A stretch of 64,000 nt of DNA, taken from contig OX597819.1 of assembly GCA_951406725.2 (NCBI GenBank), positions 11,160,001 to 11,224,000 on the forward strand. Direction: 5' to 3'. Source of the DNA: Octopus vulgaris (lineage: Eukaryota). The notes beneath the pieces are model-generated. The model saw nothing but the letters and a program-made list of their open reading frames with translations. It did no database searches and was not told the DNA's origin. A program made the position numbers and the translations under genes. Positions 14,421-27,829 of this stretch are shown here, piece by piece; positions within the stretch are counted from its first letter, which is position 1, and the number at the start of each line of letters is the position of its first letter.

Positions 14421-14540
14421 ACATTAATGAATGTTCTTCAAGAAATGGTAACTGTCAACATATCTATACCAATATAGAAGGAAGCTATCGATGTTCCTGC
14501 AAAACCGGTTATAGACTTGCTACTACTAAACATTGTATTG
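14421..14540 (+). CDS. Internal exon encoding one calcium-binding-type EGF module of a multi-EGF protein (exon a)
   Basis: Long polypyrimidine tract with ttacAG acceptor, G|GTAGGT donor, 120 nt, phase 1-1. Translates (D)INECSSRNGNCQHIYTNIEGSYRCSCKTGYRLATTKHCI, matching the D-I-N-E-C...N-x-x-G-S-Y-x-C-x-C-x-x-G-Y cbEGF consensus. The third Cys position is TAT (Tyr). Confidence 0.9.
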
Positions 14541-14829
14541 GTAGGTGACCCCATCAATCAATTATAGGTGGCCTTATAACCTTTTATTAAGATTTTCGCT
14601 TTTTTTATGGGGACAGGGGTGAATTCCTTTCTTTATAAATTTATCTTTTTTTTTTTGTTAAAATTTTACAACTTTTTAATGATCTTTGTCTTGACATTAG
14701 ATTGTTTTTCTTCAAAATTGCTTTTTTAATAATATTACCTTATATGTTAATTACAGACATATAATCTATAATGATTGGACTGATTTTTTTTTTATTACTG
14801 TTACTTATAATAACAATTCCTTCTAATTT

Positions 14830-15245
14830 TAGAACAAAGCCAGCAATTTTGAGGGAATTGGGGCAAGTCAATTATATCAACTCATGTTCTTGATTGGTAC
14901 TTTATTTTATTGACCCCACCAAAAGCTGACCTTGGTAGGATCTAAACATGGATTGTAAAGAGCAGGGACAAATACAATAAAGCAGTTTTTTTTACCCACT
15001 ACTTTTATGATTCTGCCAGCTTGCTACCTAATAATGATAACAGCACAAGGCCAGCAACTTTAAGGGAAAGGGTTAGTTGATTACATTGATTCCAGGGCTG
15101 AACTGGAATTTTTATATATTGACCCCTGAAGGATGAATGGCAAAGCTAATCTTGGTGGAATTTGAGCTCAGGATGTAAGGAGCTGGAAGAGATGCTGCAA
15201 AACATTTTGTCCAACACTTTGGAGATTTTGCCAGCTCTCCATCTT
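14830..15245 (-). mobile_element. Two old, degraded family C-like SINE copies
   Basis: Residual ggtacttta..ttgacccc..aaggatgaa.ggcaaagct..ccttgg motifs. Confidence 0.55.
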
Positions 15246-15418
15246 AATAGCAATGTTAATAATACTGATGAGGATAATAATAATAACAACAACACTACAC
15301 ACTATCCAAAAAATAGCCCAGCTAGGAACAGCCAATGACCTATGCAAGATACTATCAATTCAATAATACAACCCAAACAAAACAATCTACAAACACAAGA
15401 CATATTTTATAAAGCAAA

Positions 15419-15806
15419 TCTTTATATATAAAAGAGAGGTTGTGTGCTGTCTGTCTCCTACGATTTAGATTCCTAACTACTCCCACATTTTGCGGTGCAG
15501 TTTAACCAAAACCGGGTATCTTATAGTCGTGATTCATATCGAGCCCTTCTGGGTATTAGCGTGCATCTACAATGAGTCTACGATTTAAAAAAAATTTACC
15601 ATCAATTTTTCCCATTTTTAATGCATTTTTGGCATATATAAGGGAAGTAACTCTCTAAAAATTTATTATTAAATCTCAGAACGTAAAAAGCTACAGTAAC
15701 CTTTGTGGTTAGCCATATTGAGATGGCTATTATACTTTACATCTCTAAAAATGCTTATATAGTTATTTCCCTTACAAACCCGAGCAACACCGGGTGATAC
15801 TGCTAG
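15419..15806 (+). mobile_element. Non-autonomous Helitron (family D)
   Basis: 5' TC, 3' subterminal GC hairpin (cccgagcaacaccggg) then CTAG. Inserted between A and T with no TSD. Confidence 0.85.
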
Positions 15807-16096
15807 TATCCAATAAAATAAACAACAACCAGTAAGTCAGTTACCCAACAAAAGAACACAACTCACATTACACACACAACACATAACACAAACACTAATA
15901 CAACAAAAGACGGCAACCAGACCCCATAACAAAACAAACTGACACAATGCATTACTGGAAAGAGTTTGCATTTCCTCAAACTACAAAAAGAACACACAAT
16001 GCTGTGCACATCCTGACAACATGGAGGTGTAGCAGACGATGCAGTAGGAATTTACCTGAAACTGCTAAATGTTGAATAATAATAATAATAATAATC

Positions 16097-16747
16097 ACCT
16101 TGATCACCTTGACCGACCAGTCCATCGAGCATCCATTTGACACCGCTGGTCACCACTCACTGTCCACTCCTCTCTGGATCATGCCTTTCTCATCCACATG
16201 ATCCCAATCATCCTCCTGAAATTGTAACTCCACTGTCGTGGAGGCCTTCCAGGTGGTCGTTTCTGCTCATGCGGGTACCACTCGACAACTGCGTGCGTCC
16301 ACCAATTATCGGTGAGCCGGGCGGCATGTCCAGCCCATCTAAACTTACTGTGTATATACTCTGCGATGACATCCCTCACGCTGGAATTCTTTCTGATGAC
16401 CTCGCTACTGATGTGTTCTCTCAACGAGATACCAAGCATTGACCTTTCCATGGCTCTTTGAGCCATTACCAGTCTCTGCTCTTCTCTCTCTGTGGTAGCC
16501 CATGTTTCACTACCATATAACATTGCAGGTAGAACTGTACTGTTGATGAGTTTGGCATGGGTGGTCCTGTCCAACCTTCCCTTGAGCACATCACTTCTGC
16601 CATTAAACGCCTTCCATATGGCCCATATTCTTCGCGAGATCTCCTTTTCGATGTCTTGGTACATATTCACTTCCTGTCCCAGGTAAACATATTCCTTTAC
16701 CTCCTCTATTTCATCACTGCCGATCATCATTCGACCTGTTGGAACTT
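16097..16747 (-). mobile_element. RTE-like LINE 3' fragment
   Basis: ORF with IEEVKEYVYLG, VLPAMLYGSETW, KFRWAGHAAR and KRPPGRPPRQW. Confidence 0.88.
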
Positions 16748-16918
16748 GATAATAATGATAATAATAATCCTTTCTACTAATAGGCACAAAGCCTGAAATT
16801 TTAGGAGAGGGGACTAGTCAATTATATCGACCCCAGTGTTTCACTGGTACTTAATTTATCAACCCCAAAAGGATGAAAGGCAAAGTTGACCTTTCCTCCT
16901 TATGGGGTGGATAAACTA

Positions 16919-17438
16919 AGTGCCAGTGAGCAGTAGGGTTGATGTAATTGAAACTGATTGGAAGTGTTATCATGTACATTGTTTTGTCTTGGTATAAAAA
17001 ATGGGCTACAGCAAATATTCTGCTCAATACCACAGATTTGCTTGTCAGTTGCTTGTCTTTAACCAGTTGAGCATGTCCCTTAGTGGCTGACAATATGTGC
17101 ATCTCTGATCATGAGCAGAAGTAGTGGGGGAGTATCATAGCTGTGTGTTCAGAGGAATTCTTTGGGGTTTGAATAGTTTACCTCTAGAAACATGGGTGTT
17201 TCATTCATCATCCTTAAACAACCCTCATTCAAGGACCTTTTGAGCAGGATGGGCTACTCCACCTGAAGAAAATTCTAACTGGGCCCCACTTGCATGGTCA
17301 TGTGCTGTTTATCTGGATATTGTGCACATATGGTTGTAATACATGTGCCTGGTGTACTCTTAACAGATTAGTAGGTATGATGGGTATAAGGCTGCATATA
17401 TTTGAACCCCAGTGTCACTTTGATGGTACGTGCTGCTC
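16919..17438 (-). mobile_element. Family E interspersed repeat
   Basis: Reverse complement of 42893-43449. Confidence 0.85.
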
Positions 17439-18540
17439 AACAGTGCAAGAAGAAATATGGCAGAATATTTGGTAAATAGCAAACAAGACATGCTACAGTA
17501 TGCTGCTAATTTAGAAGGATTTACCAAAAACGGACTTGAGTGTGTTTAGGGTGTTGTACTCATGATCATGAGATCCTGGTTTTGATTCCTAGGCTAGTTG
17601 TGCGCTGAATGTTTGAGTAAAACACTTTATTTCATGTTGTTCCAGTCCACTCAGCTGTAAATGAATAATTTTGTGATACATAGACATACAAGGGTGAAAT
17701 GACAACTCAGGCAAGTCACCTGAACAGACGTTTTGTGTGCCACGTTTGTACTCAGTGATCAAAAGGATGAACAGTGAAACTCATACTGTGACTCCTAACT
17801 GGTTGAGATTATTTGTTCAACCACATTCAATGATGATGATAATGATGACTATTGATGAGGATTTTATTTTGATAATTTCTTTAATAATTTTTTTTACATA
17901 AACACAAGGATCCAAGTTTGAAGAAAAGGTGCAGCTATATTGACCCCAGAACTTCACTGGTACTTTACTTCATTAATCCTGGAAACTTAAAAGGAAAAAT
18001 TTAACTGGGTTTGAACTCACAAAGTAAGGTACCAGAACAAATACCACAAGATTTATTATCTAATACTCTGATTCTGACATTCTATTACCCTTCGTTTCTT
18101 TAAAAATTCAAGTCAATAATGATGTAAGGATCAGGCTTTTATAATGTATCGAACTTACTATATACCTTACATTTATTTTTCAAAGCTGGCCTCTATCATG
18201 GATTTAAACCATGAATGTAAAAGAACGGAACATTTAATTCACTGTACCATATCACTATAATGATTGCTTACATTGGCAGAAAGTAGAAAGTCATAGAATC
18301 ATACAAGGAACAGCATAATTGACTCAATCAATTCCACAGTTTAAATGGCAACAGAGAAATACAATGCTAATACTAATAAAGAACAAAATTGTAATTGACT
18401 ATATACTGGAACCATTGCTAAATTCAGGAAAGTCAGAATAACAATTTAGACAGGACATTATTCCTGTAAAATGTGCAAACAATTGAATGTTCCAGCTATA
18501 AAGTGGTGTCTGTCATAAACTTGAAAAAAAAAAATTTTTT

Positions 18541-18586
<46 letters not shown>

Positions 18587-19001
18587 TGATGATGATGATT
18601 ATGATGCATTATTAACTTTCAAAAAATAATAATGCAACATTATTTTTTTCTATTTGTATTTTAGACATGAAGATATAAACAGTCGGGTGAGTTTGTGAGA
18701 ACTGTTCTGACGCTGTCATCAAGGGTCATATATATTAGAACATCTTCAATAATTGATATATCATTTAAAAGTACACATTAGCAGAAAACATAACAAGAAC
18801 TCTAATAAACAATTAATGGAGATATTTCTTCTTCCCCTTCATTTCCTCTTCTTTCCCCAGTTCTTCTTCCCCCTCTCCTCCTTCTTACTCTTCTTCCTCC
18901 TTGTATCGTCTCTTCCTCCTTTATCTTCTTCTTTGATATGTCTTATAAGTCCATGGCTTTGCACATGGAAAGTCTAGCCTCAATCTGAGTTGGCAGTATA
19001 C

Positions 19002-19236
19002 TTATTTCTTTATTACCCACAAGGGGCTAAACACAGAAGGGACAAACAAAGACAGACATAGGTATTAAGTTGATTACATCGACCCCAGTGCATAACTGGT
19101 ACTTAATTTATCGACCCCGAAAGGATGAAAGGCAAAGTCGACCTAGGCGGAATTTGAACTCACAACGTAACGCAGACGAAATACCTCTAAGCATTTTGCC
19201 CGGCATGCTAACGTTTCTGCCAGCTCGCCGCCTTAA
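19002..19236 (-). mobile_element. SINE family C
   Basis: 12-bp TSD ttggcagtatac at 18990-19001 and 19237-19248. Confidence 0.92.
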
Positions 19237-19494
19237 TTGGCAGTATACCATTTGGCAATGCAGGAGTATATGCTCCAGAATGTAGGTCTGAACTAGGTTG
19301 TATGGAAGTACAGTTATTGCCGATGCAACAGGCCTACCCTCTCCTCACCGCTAATGATTCCCAAGGAAAGTATAAAGACAGATGTAGCTTGGCACAAGTG
19401 TTATTGCAGGAATTCCCAAAATGAAGCTGAAGATACCATCAGACTACTTTAGGAACTCTAGCTCCTGATTTGTAGTTTATTAAATTGACCTTAA

Positions 19495-19715
19495 CTCTTT
19501 AGCCTTTAAACCGGACATATCCGGCCAAAAATATTCTACCTGTTTTATGTTCAAACTGGCCATATCTGGTCTCTCACACCAACCCTACAATATCGTTTTA
19601 AAAATTAACAGCAACCTCATCAAAATCTCATAGCTACAAGATAATGCATGATTAGTTCAAAACAATGTAGATGAAGAAGCATTAATTTTGGCAGAATAAT
19701 GCGAACACTAAAGGG
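19495..19715. mobile_element. piggyBac-like MITE
   Basis: TTAA|CTCTTTAG...CTAAAGGG|TTAA. Confidence 0.7.
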
Positions 19716-19827
19716 TTAATACTTGATGTGTGCTAGTGCTGGAAAGTTAAAAAAGGAAGTTGACCATTGCAGGATTTGAATGCAAGATGTTAAAAAGTAG
19801 AACAAATGCGACAAGGTACTTAATTCA

Positions 19828-20230
19828 ATCATCATCATCATCATCATCATCATCATTTAACGTCTGTTTTCCATGCTGGCGTAGGTTGAACGGTTTGACT
19901 GAAAACTGGTAAGCAGGATAGCTGCACCAGGCTCCATTCTGATTTGGCATGGTTTCTAAAATTGGATGCCCTTCCTAATGTCAACCAGGTGTAGCAAGTG
20001 CTTTCCACATGTCACCAGCACGGGTGCTAGTCACAAAACACCAGCATTGACTATGACTACGATCTCACTTGACTTGACAGGTCTTCTCAAGTATGGTGTA
20101 TTGCCATAGGTCTTGGTCACTTGTCACTACCTCTGCGAGGCCCAAAGTTCGAAGGGTGCTTTTTGCGTGCCACCAGCACATCAGGTTATGTGACACTGGC
20201 ATCAGCCATGACTATGATTCCATTTGGTTC
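19828..20230 (-). mobile_element. RTE 3' end fragment with (GAT)n tail
   Basis: Similar to 10605-11120. Confidence 0.7.
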
Positions 20231-20602
20231 GATGTTGTTCCTGAAAATATAACAGACTATAATAAACACGAACCTCTACCTGCTCAACTGACTTGTTATA
20301 TTTAAGATCTAAAACTCCTTAAAATCCCATCCTACCTCAATAACAGAAGGGGAAAGATTAAGATACGTTGAATAATGTATTTTGAGATACAGAATGTCTG
20401 AGAAAAAGGGGTGGTAATCATAACTGGCACATAACTGTGTAATTTTGGAACCCCAAAGAACTTTGGGATAACCTTATCTAACTCTTCCATACTAGAACTA
20501 CTCAACTTTTCCATATCAGATATTAATTTTCTTATGTTGTTGGTATTATCAGGTACAACCATATATGAATTATTACCTTTAAAGCTTAATCCCAACTCAT
20601 AA

Positions 20603-20999
20603 TCTTTATATATAAAAGTGAAGTTGTGTGTCTGTCTCCTACGATTTAGATTCCTAACTACTCCCACATTTTGCGGTGCAGTTTAACCAAAACCGGGTAT
20701 CTTATAGTCGTGATTCATATCGAGCCCTTCTGGGTATTAGTGCACATCTACAATGAGTCTACGATTTAAAAAAAAATTTACCATCATTTTTTTCCATTTT
20801 AATGCATTTTTTCGTTATTATAAAAGGGAAGTAACTCTCTAAAAATATCTACGATGAGTCAACGATTTAAAAAAAAATTTATCATAATTTTTTTTTCATT
20901 TTTAATGCATTTTTTTCTATTTTTTGGCTATAACTCTCTAAAAATGCTTATATAGTTATTTCCCTTACAAACCTGAGCAACGCCGGGCGATATTGCTAG
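20603..20999 (+). mobile_element. Non-autonomous Helitron (family D)
   Basis: A|TC...hairpin...CTAG|T termini. Confidence 0.85.
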
Positions 21000-21632
21000 T
21001 CTAATATAATTAAATAAGTACTTTTAGTAATAGCAAAATTTTTTTCCACTTTATCCACCAATACTATAATGTACTTATGTAATGCACAAATATACTCCTT
21101 TACTTCTGACTTACTGATTTACTTCCTCCACTTTAACTCTATATTTAAGATTTCATTAGCTTATAGCTGTTTCTGATATAAGAAACATTGCACTCAGAGC
21201 TGAATGATTATGTGACATCTTTAGCTTTCTCTGAGACTTTAAATGAGGTGCATGTTTATTGTAGAACGCATTTAAATAGAGTTAGTTATATGCAGAATAA
21301 TATAATAGAGTTTGAGGGTGAAAAACTACATCCAGAGATATATAGATGTAGCTATACATCTGTATTCATGCACTCATATAACGGACACACATATATCCAT
21401 GCCAATACATACAGATATACATACAAATATATATACATCAATACACATTCATAGATGCACACATGAGCGCAAATATATAAATTAGACAACTGCACATACA
21501 TTCAACAATATCAACTCACACAAATATACCAGTATAGAGACAGGCAAACTAAAAGATAAATGCAAAAGACAATCCCAACTATATGTACTTTTTACCCCAA
21601 GAAATGATTTATTTATATGCACGCAGACATAT

Positions 21633-21860
21633 CTCTTTTACTTGTTTCGGTCATTTGACTGCGGCCATGCTGGAGCACCGCCTTTAGTCGAGCAACTCGA
21701 CCCCGGGACTTATTCTTTTGTAAGCCCAGTACTTATTCTATCGGACTCTTTAGCTGAACCGCTAAGTGACGGGGATATAAACACACCAGCATTGGTTGTC
21801 AAGCAATGCTAGGGGGACAAACACAGACACACAAACATATACACACACATACATATATAT
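21633..21860 (-). mobile_element. SINE family B, 3' half
   Basis: Tail and body match family B. Confidence 0.85.
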
Positions 21861-22413
21861 ATGTTGTATTGTTGAGAAAAACACTTCATTTCACGTTGTT
21901 CCAGTCCACTCAGCTGTAGAAATAAGTCTAGCCCTAGATAGGCTGCATGACTGCAACTCCCCAAGATTCCCAAGTGGCTAAGAGACTGGTTAATATGAGT
22001 CCATGTATAAATATGCATAACCTCCTTTACTCTTTCATTTTCCCCCCTTGTGTCTTTTCAACATTAATTCTGAACACATCCCTGATCCTTCCTCTCTCCA
22101 ACAACATGATACCTTTTGGTCTCACTCCTTTCTTTCCAATTACAGTCTGTCATGGTTTCTCTTTATGCTCCAGGGTTTTAAAAACGTATGGGGATTGACT
22201 ATATTCATTAGGTTAATGAATAAAATTATTGTTACTGGTTGTAATGCCCCAGGGTCAATCCAGCTGCTATTACATACAGAAAATTGATAACTGAACTTTA
22301 ACAATCATAGATATGCCCAGCATGGCCATGGAACATTGGGTGAAACCAAGAAAAAGAATAACATAAAAACAAACTGATGTGAATATATATGAATGTCTGT
22401 ATGAATGTAGGTA

Positions 22414-22448
<35 letters not shown>

Positions 22449-22549
22449 TGTTTAGATAAATGAATGTGTGGCATTCAATTAAGTAATAAATAATAGATTT
22501 AGGATTTATGGAGGGTGAAAGTTGGGAACAAAAACATGACAGAGGAGAC

Positions 22550-25290
22550 ATACAAGGAAATCATACAGCATCACATAACCATACCAGTGCAGTCATCTCT
22601 CTTTCACACATTTCTCTCAAAATGCTTACACTCTGTTGTGCATGCACAGACATTACACATCCTGCAAAGCATACTAGCTTCATTTCTTTCAACCTTTTGC
22701 ATGCCCTCGGTGGTCACACCCCATGTAGCATGGCTGATCACACCACACACAGGCATCATATAATCTGCTTTTCACTCTGAGAGAGAGGCCCCTTGTTATC
22801 AACAGAGGTAGGAGCTCTGAACTTTGCTCTGCCCATTCTTATTCTAGCAGCTATGCTCTTGAAGCATCCACCTCCGTAACTGACATGGTTATCTAGGTAA
22901 TGGAAGCTATCAACTACTTCTAGTTTTCCCCTCTGTCATTTGATGGAGTCTGTTTTCTGTCAATGTTTGTGCTGGTTGTACCTGTGTACCTTCCACACAC
23001 AAAAACTATTTTCCTTGTTTAATCTTCTTCAGATATTGTTGCACCTCTTATGTGTCCATAGCTTACACCAGGTACATCTTAGGGAGTTTCTTTCTACACC
23101 TTTTCTACAGATTGAGCAGGACCATTACCTGAAGGGATTTGTGGTTTATTTGCTTTCCTACTTACTAAGACTTTGGTTTTTGCTAGATTAACTCTAAGAG
23201 CCTTTGATTCTAGGCCTTGCTTCCATGCCTGAAATTTCTTCTCTAGTTCTGGTAGTGATTCAGCTATAAGAATTAGGTCATCGGCATAGAGGAGCTCCCA
23301 CGGGCAGCCCATCTTAAATTCTTCTGTTATTGTTATACTCATTACTAACCTTCACCTTACTGACAGCATCCCTGTACATAGCTTGTACAGCTTTCACCAA
23401 TCACTCATCTATCTCTAGCTTCTGCATTGACCACCAGATGAAGGAGCAGAGGTCTCTGTCAAAGTCTTCCTCCATGCCGAGAAAAGCTAGGTATGGGGGT
23501 TTACTTTTGGCTAGATATTTCTCCTGGAGTTGCCTAATCAGGACTGTATTATCAGTCATTCTCTTGCCTGGCACAAATCCAAACTGCATCTCTTCAACTC
23601 TAACTCTTTCTAATTAATTGAGCTATGATCCTTTCTGTGACTTTCATCACCTGGTCCAGTAATTTGATGCCTCTGTAATTATTCCTGTCTAAGGCATTGC
23701 CTTTGCCTTTGTAACAGTTGACTATAATGCTGCTATACCAATCATTGAATATGACTCCCTCATGATTAATTATATGGATGACTGGGCTATATCCTACCTG
23801 CCAGATATTTTAAGCATCTCAGCAGTGGTTCCTGGTGGGCTGGGGTCTTTCCCTGTCTTCATATCCTCGATTACTTTATCTACCAATTCAATTTGAATAG
23901 CTAGTCCCTCAGTTGAGTCAATACTTAGCCAACACTTCTCCCGTTCATTCTCCATGTTTAGCAGCCTTTCATAAGGGCATTTCCAAACCTTTTTCTTTGC
24001 AGACTCATTAAATGCAAGTGCACTATCATCCATGCAGATACATTTCTCTCCTATGACATCACAATTTTCTCTCACACACTGTCTTGCAATCTGAAACACT
24101 TCAAGTCTCTGGTCCTCATGTTCCAGAACATCAGCAAACTTCTTATTTCCTGCTTCTCCCCTGGTTAGATATACCCTTCTGGCTATCTGATACAGTTCCC
24201 TGCTACCTCCACACTTCCAGTCCTGTTTCTTTGCTCTAAAGGCCTTGTCTACTGCATCATTCCACCACCATGTCACCTTAGATCTGGGACTTTGCACCTG
24301 CTGCAGATTTGGTCTGTAGCATTCAGCAAGCTCTCCCACAGAAATTCTCAGTTGCCTTCTTTGTTACCAGTCTGTAGTTACTTCTCCCTTTTGTCAAATT
24401 TCTCAGTTATGGTGTCCCTAAATCTCAGAACATATAAAGGATTCTTAAGTTTCCAAATCCTTCTTTTCCGGATTGTCTGCTTCTTAGCATCTTTCTGGGC
24501 TGAAGTCACTAATGTCTAGTCTATGCTGGGAGGGGGTTTACTTTCTTTACCAGGGAAGGTCTTTGTATTTATGAGCAACCATGTACCTCACTGTCTGGTG
24601 AGACTGTAATTGATCTGGCTAGTGTAGTTACCCGATTGATAGGTTATCAGGTGGCTGGCTGGCTACATGAAGTTGGTGTTGCAGATCAGTAGATTATTCA
24701 CATCACAGAACTCCGGTAGTCTTGTTTCTTCTTCATTTTGGGGACCAATTCCATGGCCCCCATGTACACCATGGAAGATACCTGGTTGCTGCTCAACATG
24801 CCCATTGAAATCTCCAGCCACAAAGATGAGATCATTTTCATTTGTCTTTGAGGCAGTCTGCTGGATAATATCATAAAAGTGCTCCATTTAATTATAAGGT
24901 AGACCTGCTTTCAGGGTGTAGGCAGAGATAATTGTCACTGTATTATTCTGCAAAACTAGCCTGAGCTTAAGCTCTATTACACACTCTGATTACTGCTATG
25001 ACCTTATCCACCCATTTCTCTGCAAAACTTATGCCCACACCACCTACCCTGTCACTGTTACCTTCCTAGAAGATTTTATACTTATGTCTTGCCTGTGAGG
25101 AACCTGGATGAGGCTCTCCTCCACCTTACCTCTTGAGTGCAACATACATCAACACACCTCCATTCAAGCACTTCAACAATCTCACCAGACCTACCTCACA
25201 CTGTGCCTACATTGACAGTGCCAACTCTGAGAGCAGGGAAAGAGATGTAGGAGGGAACATGAGAAGCGAGGATGATATTCAACACATGTG
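22550..25290 (-). mobile_element. Degenerate RTE-clade LINE (APE endonuclease plus RT, frameshifted)
   Basis: ORF fragments AGDFNGHV (endonuclease), WWWNDAVDKA, MQFGFVPGK...LIRQLQEKYL and LLYADDLILIAES...VNLAKTKVL (RT). Confidence 0.92.
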
Positions 25291-25499
25291 AAAAAGGTTT
25301 CAATGAGCATTTGATAACTGACATGTCACATCAGTTGTCCTTGCTTTAATGTATCATCATTCAAACATGCTAAAAGTGTTGTCCCTATTCAGAGTGAGTG
25401 TAATACAATCATTGTAAGTATAAGCATTATTGCTGCAAACATAAATGGTTCAATTTGGAATCCGTAGGCTTATAGTATATATCTGTTTCTATTACATTA

Positions 25500-26045
25500 T
25501 TAGATTTCTTAATGAGGATGTCGAGGAAGGGGAGTTGTTGCTGGCTATATTCCATCGTGAATTGGATGTTTATGTCCAGTCCATTTAAAATTGCTTGGAA
25601 TTCTTGGAGTTTCTCTATATTTTCATGCCAAAGAATGAAACAGTCATCAAGGTATCTCTTTCAGTTGTTTTCTATGTAGAGGGAGAAAGGGCTGCCATAT
25701 CTTTCTAGAACCTTACGATACAGACTGATTTCTAGATATCCCATGGCTAGGTTGGCAAAGGAGGGGCCATTCGCGTACCCATCGCAGTTCCCGATTTTTG
25801 AAGTAGTTATTTTCCAGGATGAATTTAACCCCTTCTATCATGAATTCTTTTTTGATGCTATGTGGGAGTTCCTTGGCTGGTGTGATTCTCTAGCCAGAAT
25901 TGAATTGCCTCTATTCCTAAGTTGTGGGGGATATTGGAATAGAGGTTGACTACATCAAAGGATACTAGTAGGGTGTTTTGTTTATTGTTATAGGCAGGTG
26001 ATTGAGCATATCCAGGCCGTCCCTTATATAGCTTTTGACATGTTG
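25500..26045 (-). mobile_element. Penelope-like element RT fragment
   Basis: The minus strand encodes LVSFDVVNLYSNIP, AMGTRMAPSFANLAMG and RYLDDCFILWH, which are PLE-type RT motifs. Confidence 0.85.
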
Positions 26046-26392
26046 AGTGGTTTTCTTCAGCAGCATCATCATCATCATCATCTTATTCTTCTTCTTCTTC
26101 TTCTTCTTCTTCTACTTCTTCTCCTCCTCCTCCTCCTCCTCCTCCTTCTTCTTCTTCTTCTTCCCTACCAAGAAACCCACAAGAGTAAACAAAAGAGACA
26201 GAGAAAGGCAGAAACAAGGAAAATGCCACTTATATTTGAACACTATACAAATATTCTTTTAAAAAACTTTTCTTTTAATTTTTCTAAATTTAATTATTTA
26301 GGTTTCAGTCATTGAAAAGGTTTCAATGACTGAAACCTGTACTGAAATGTTCTTTATAAAATTATTTTAGCATTTTCTATCCTGACATGTTT

Positions 26393-26443
<51 letters not shown>

Positions 26444-26448
<5 letters not shown>

Positions 26449-26536
26449 TAGGAAGAAATGGAGCTGAACGAAGATTTAACAAAATTCCAAAGGAATTTTG
26501 TTAAATCTTCGTTCAGCTCTATTTCTTCCTACACTA
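26444..26536. repeat. Near-perfect 45-bp hairpin with a 3-nt loop next to (TA)n
   Basis: tagtgtaggaagaaatggagctgaacgaagatttaacaaaattcc-aaa-ggaattttgttaaatcttcgttcagctctatttcttcctacacta, with one G.T pair. Confidence 0.95.
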
Positions 26537-26687
26537 AATATATAAAACTTCAAATTTCCGCACTAAGGCACGGATTTTAGGCCCCATGGTCGTAACCTCA
26601 ACCGTGCTTTTTCTGTTGTGATTTTTGCTACCCAGGTGTCGGTTATCATTTGAATAATCCGTAATAAGATAATTCATTTATCTACTT

Positions 26688-26725
<38 letters not shown>

Positions 26726-27029
26726 TTATCATCACATTTTATCCTTTTATATTTGCTATCCAAGCTGCCATTGGTTGGATGTGTTGAAACAACCCAATTT
26801 ATCTGTAATTTGGAACCACTACTCCAACAGACTGATGCTAATACATGTCATTCAACTAGATTTCTCCAGATGGATGCTCTTCCTATTGCCAACCATTTTA
26901 CAGAGTATACTAGAGACATTTCACTATAGCACTAAACTTGAGCTAAATTCTCCCATACAAAACAAGACTATAGGGATATAACAGTCTTTAATAAGTCTTT
27001 TTGGTGTCTACCCATTATTTACTATTATA

Positions 27030-27550
27030 TCATCATCATCATCATCATAATTGATTAGCGTCCGCTTTCCATGCTAGCATGGGTTGGACAGTTCAACTGG
27101 GGTCTGTGAAGCCAGAAGGCTGCACCAGGCCCAGTTTGATCTGGCAGTGTTTCTACGGCTGGATGCCCTTCCTAACACCAACCACTCCGTGAGTGTAGTG
27201 GGTGCTTTTTACGTGCCACCGGCACAGGTGCCAGATGAGTCTGGCAAACGGCCACGATCGGATGGTGCTTTTTATATGCCACTGGCACGGGGGCCAGGTG
27301 AGGCTGGCAAACGGCCACGATTGGATGGTGCTTTTTATGTGCCACCGGCACGGGGGCCAGGCGAGGCTGGCAATGGCCACGAACGGATGGTGCTTTTTAT
27401 GTGCCACCAACACGGGGGCCAGGCGAGGCTGGCAATGGCCACAAACGGATGGTGCTTTCTACGTGCCACCGGCACGGGGGCCAGGCGAGGCTGGCAACGG
27501 CCACGAACGGATGGTGCTTTTTATGTGCCACCGGCACGAGGCCAGTCGGG
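27030..27550 (-). mobile_element. RTE 3' UTR fragment with ~5.5 tandem copies of a 62-bp GC-rich unit
   Basis: gatggtgct recurs at 27261, 27324, 27386, 27448 and 27510; (GAT)n tail. Confidence 0.85.
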
Positions 27551-27829
27551 GAGAAATTAATAATAATGCTTGGAAACTCAACTATGCTTTACCAGAGTTA
27601 CCTGAACTTAGGTTACTATTGCCATGAAAACATCAAATACCAGTAAGATTTCCTGTTATTGAATCACTGCTCTTTCTGTTTATTGTTTAAATCCTGCTGA
27701 AGTCAGCTTTGCCTCTCATTATTTTGACATCAATAAAATTAGAACCCACCAACTACTGGGTTCTAAAGAATTTACTATCCCCGACCACTACCTCCAAGAA
27801 TTTATTACTTTTTGCTTAACATTACTCAT

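Noticed and set aside
13878-14427. Hydrophobic F/L/S-rich ORFs (also 61898-62440) as membrane proteins
   Set aside because: They are translations of CT-rich low-complexity DNA.
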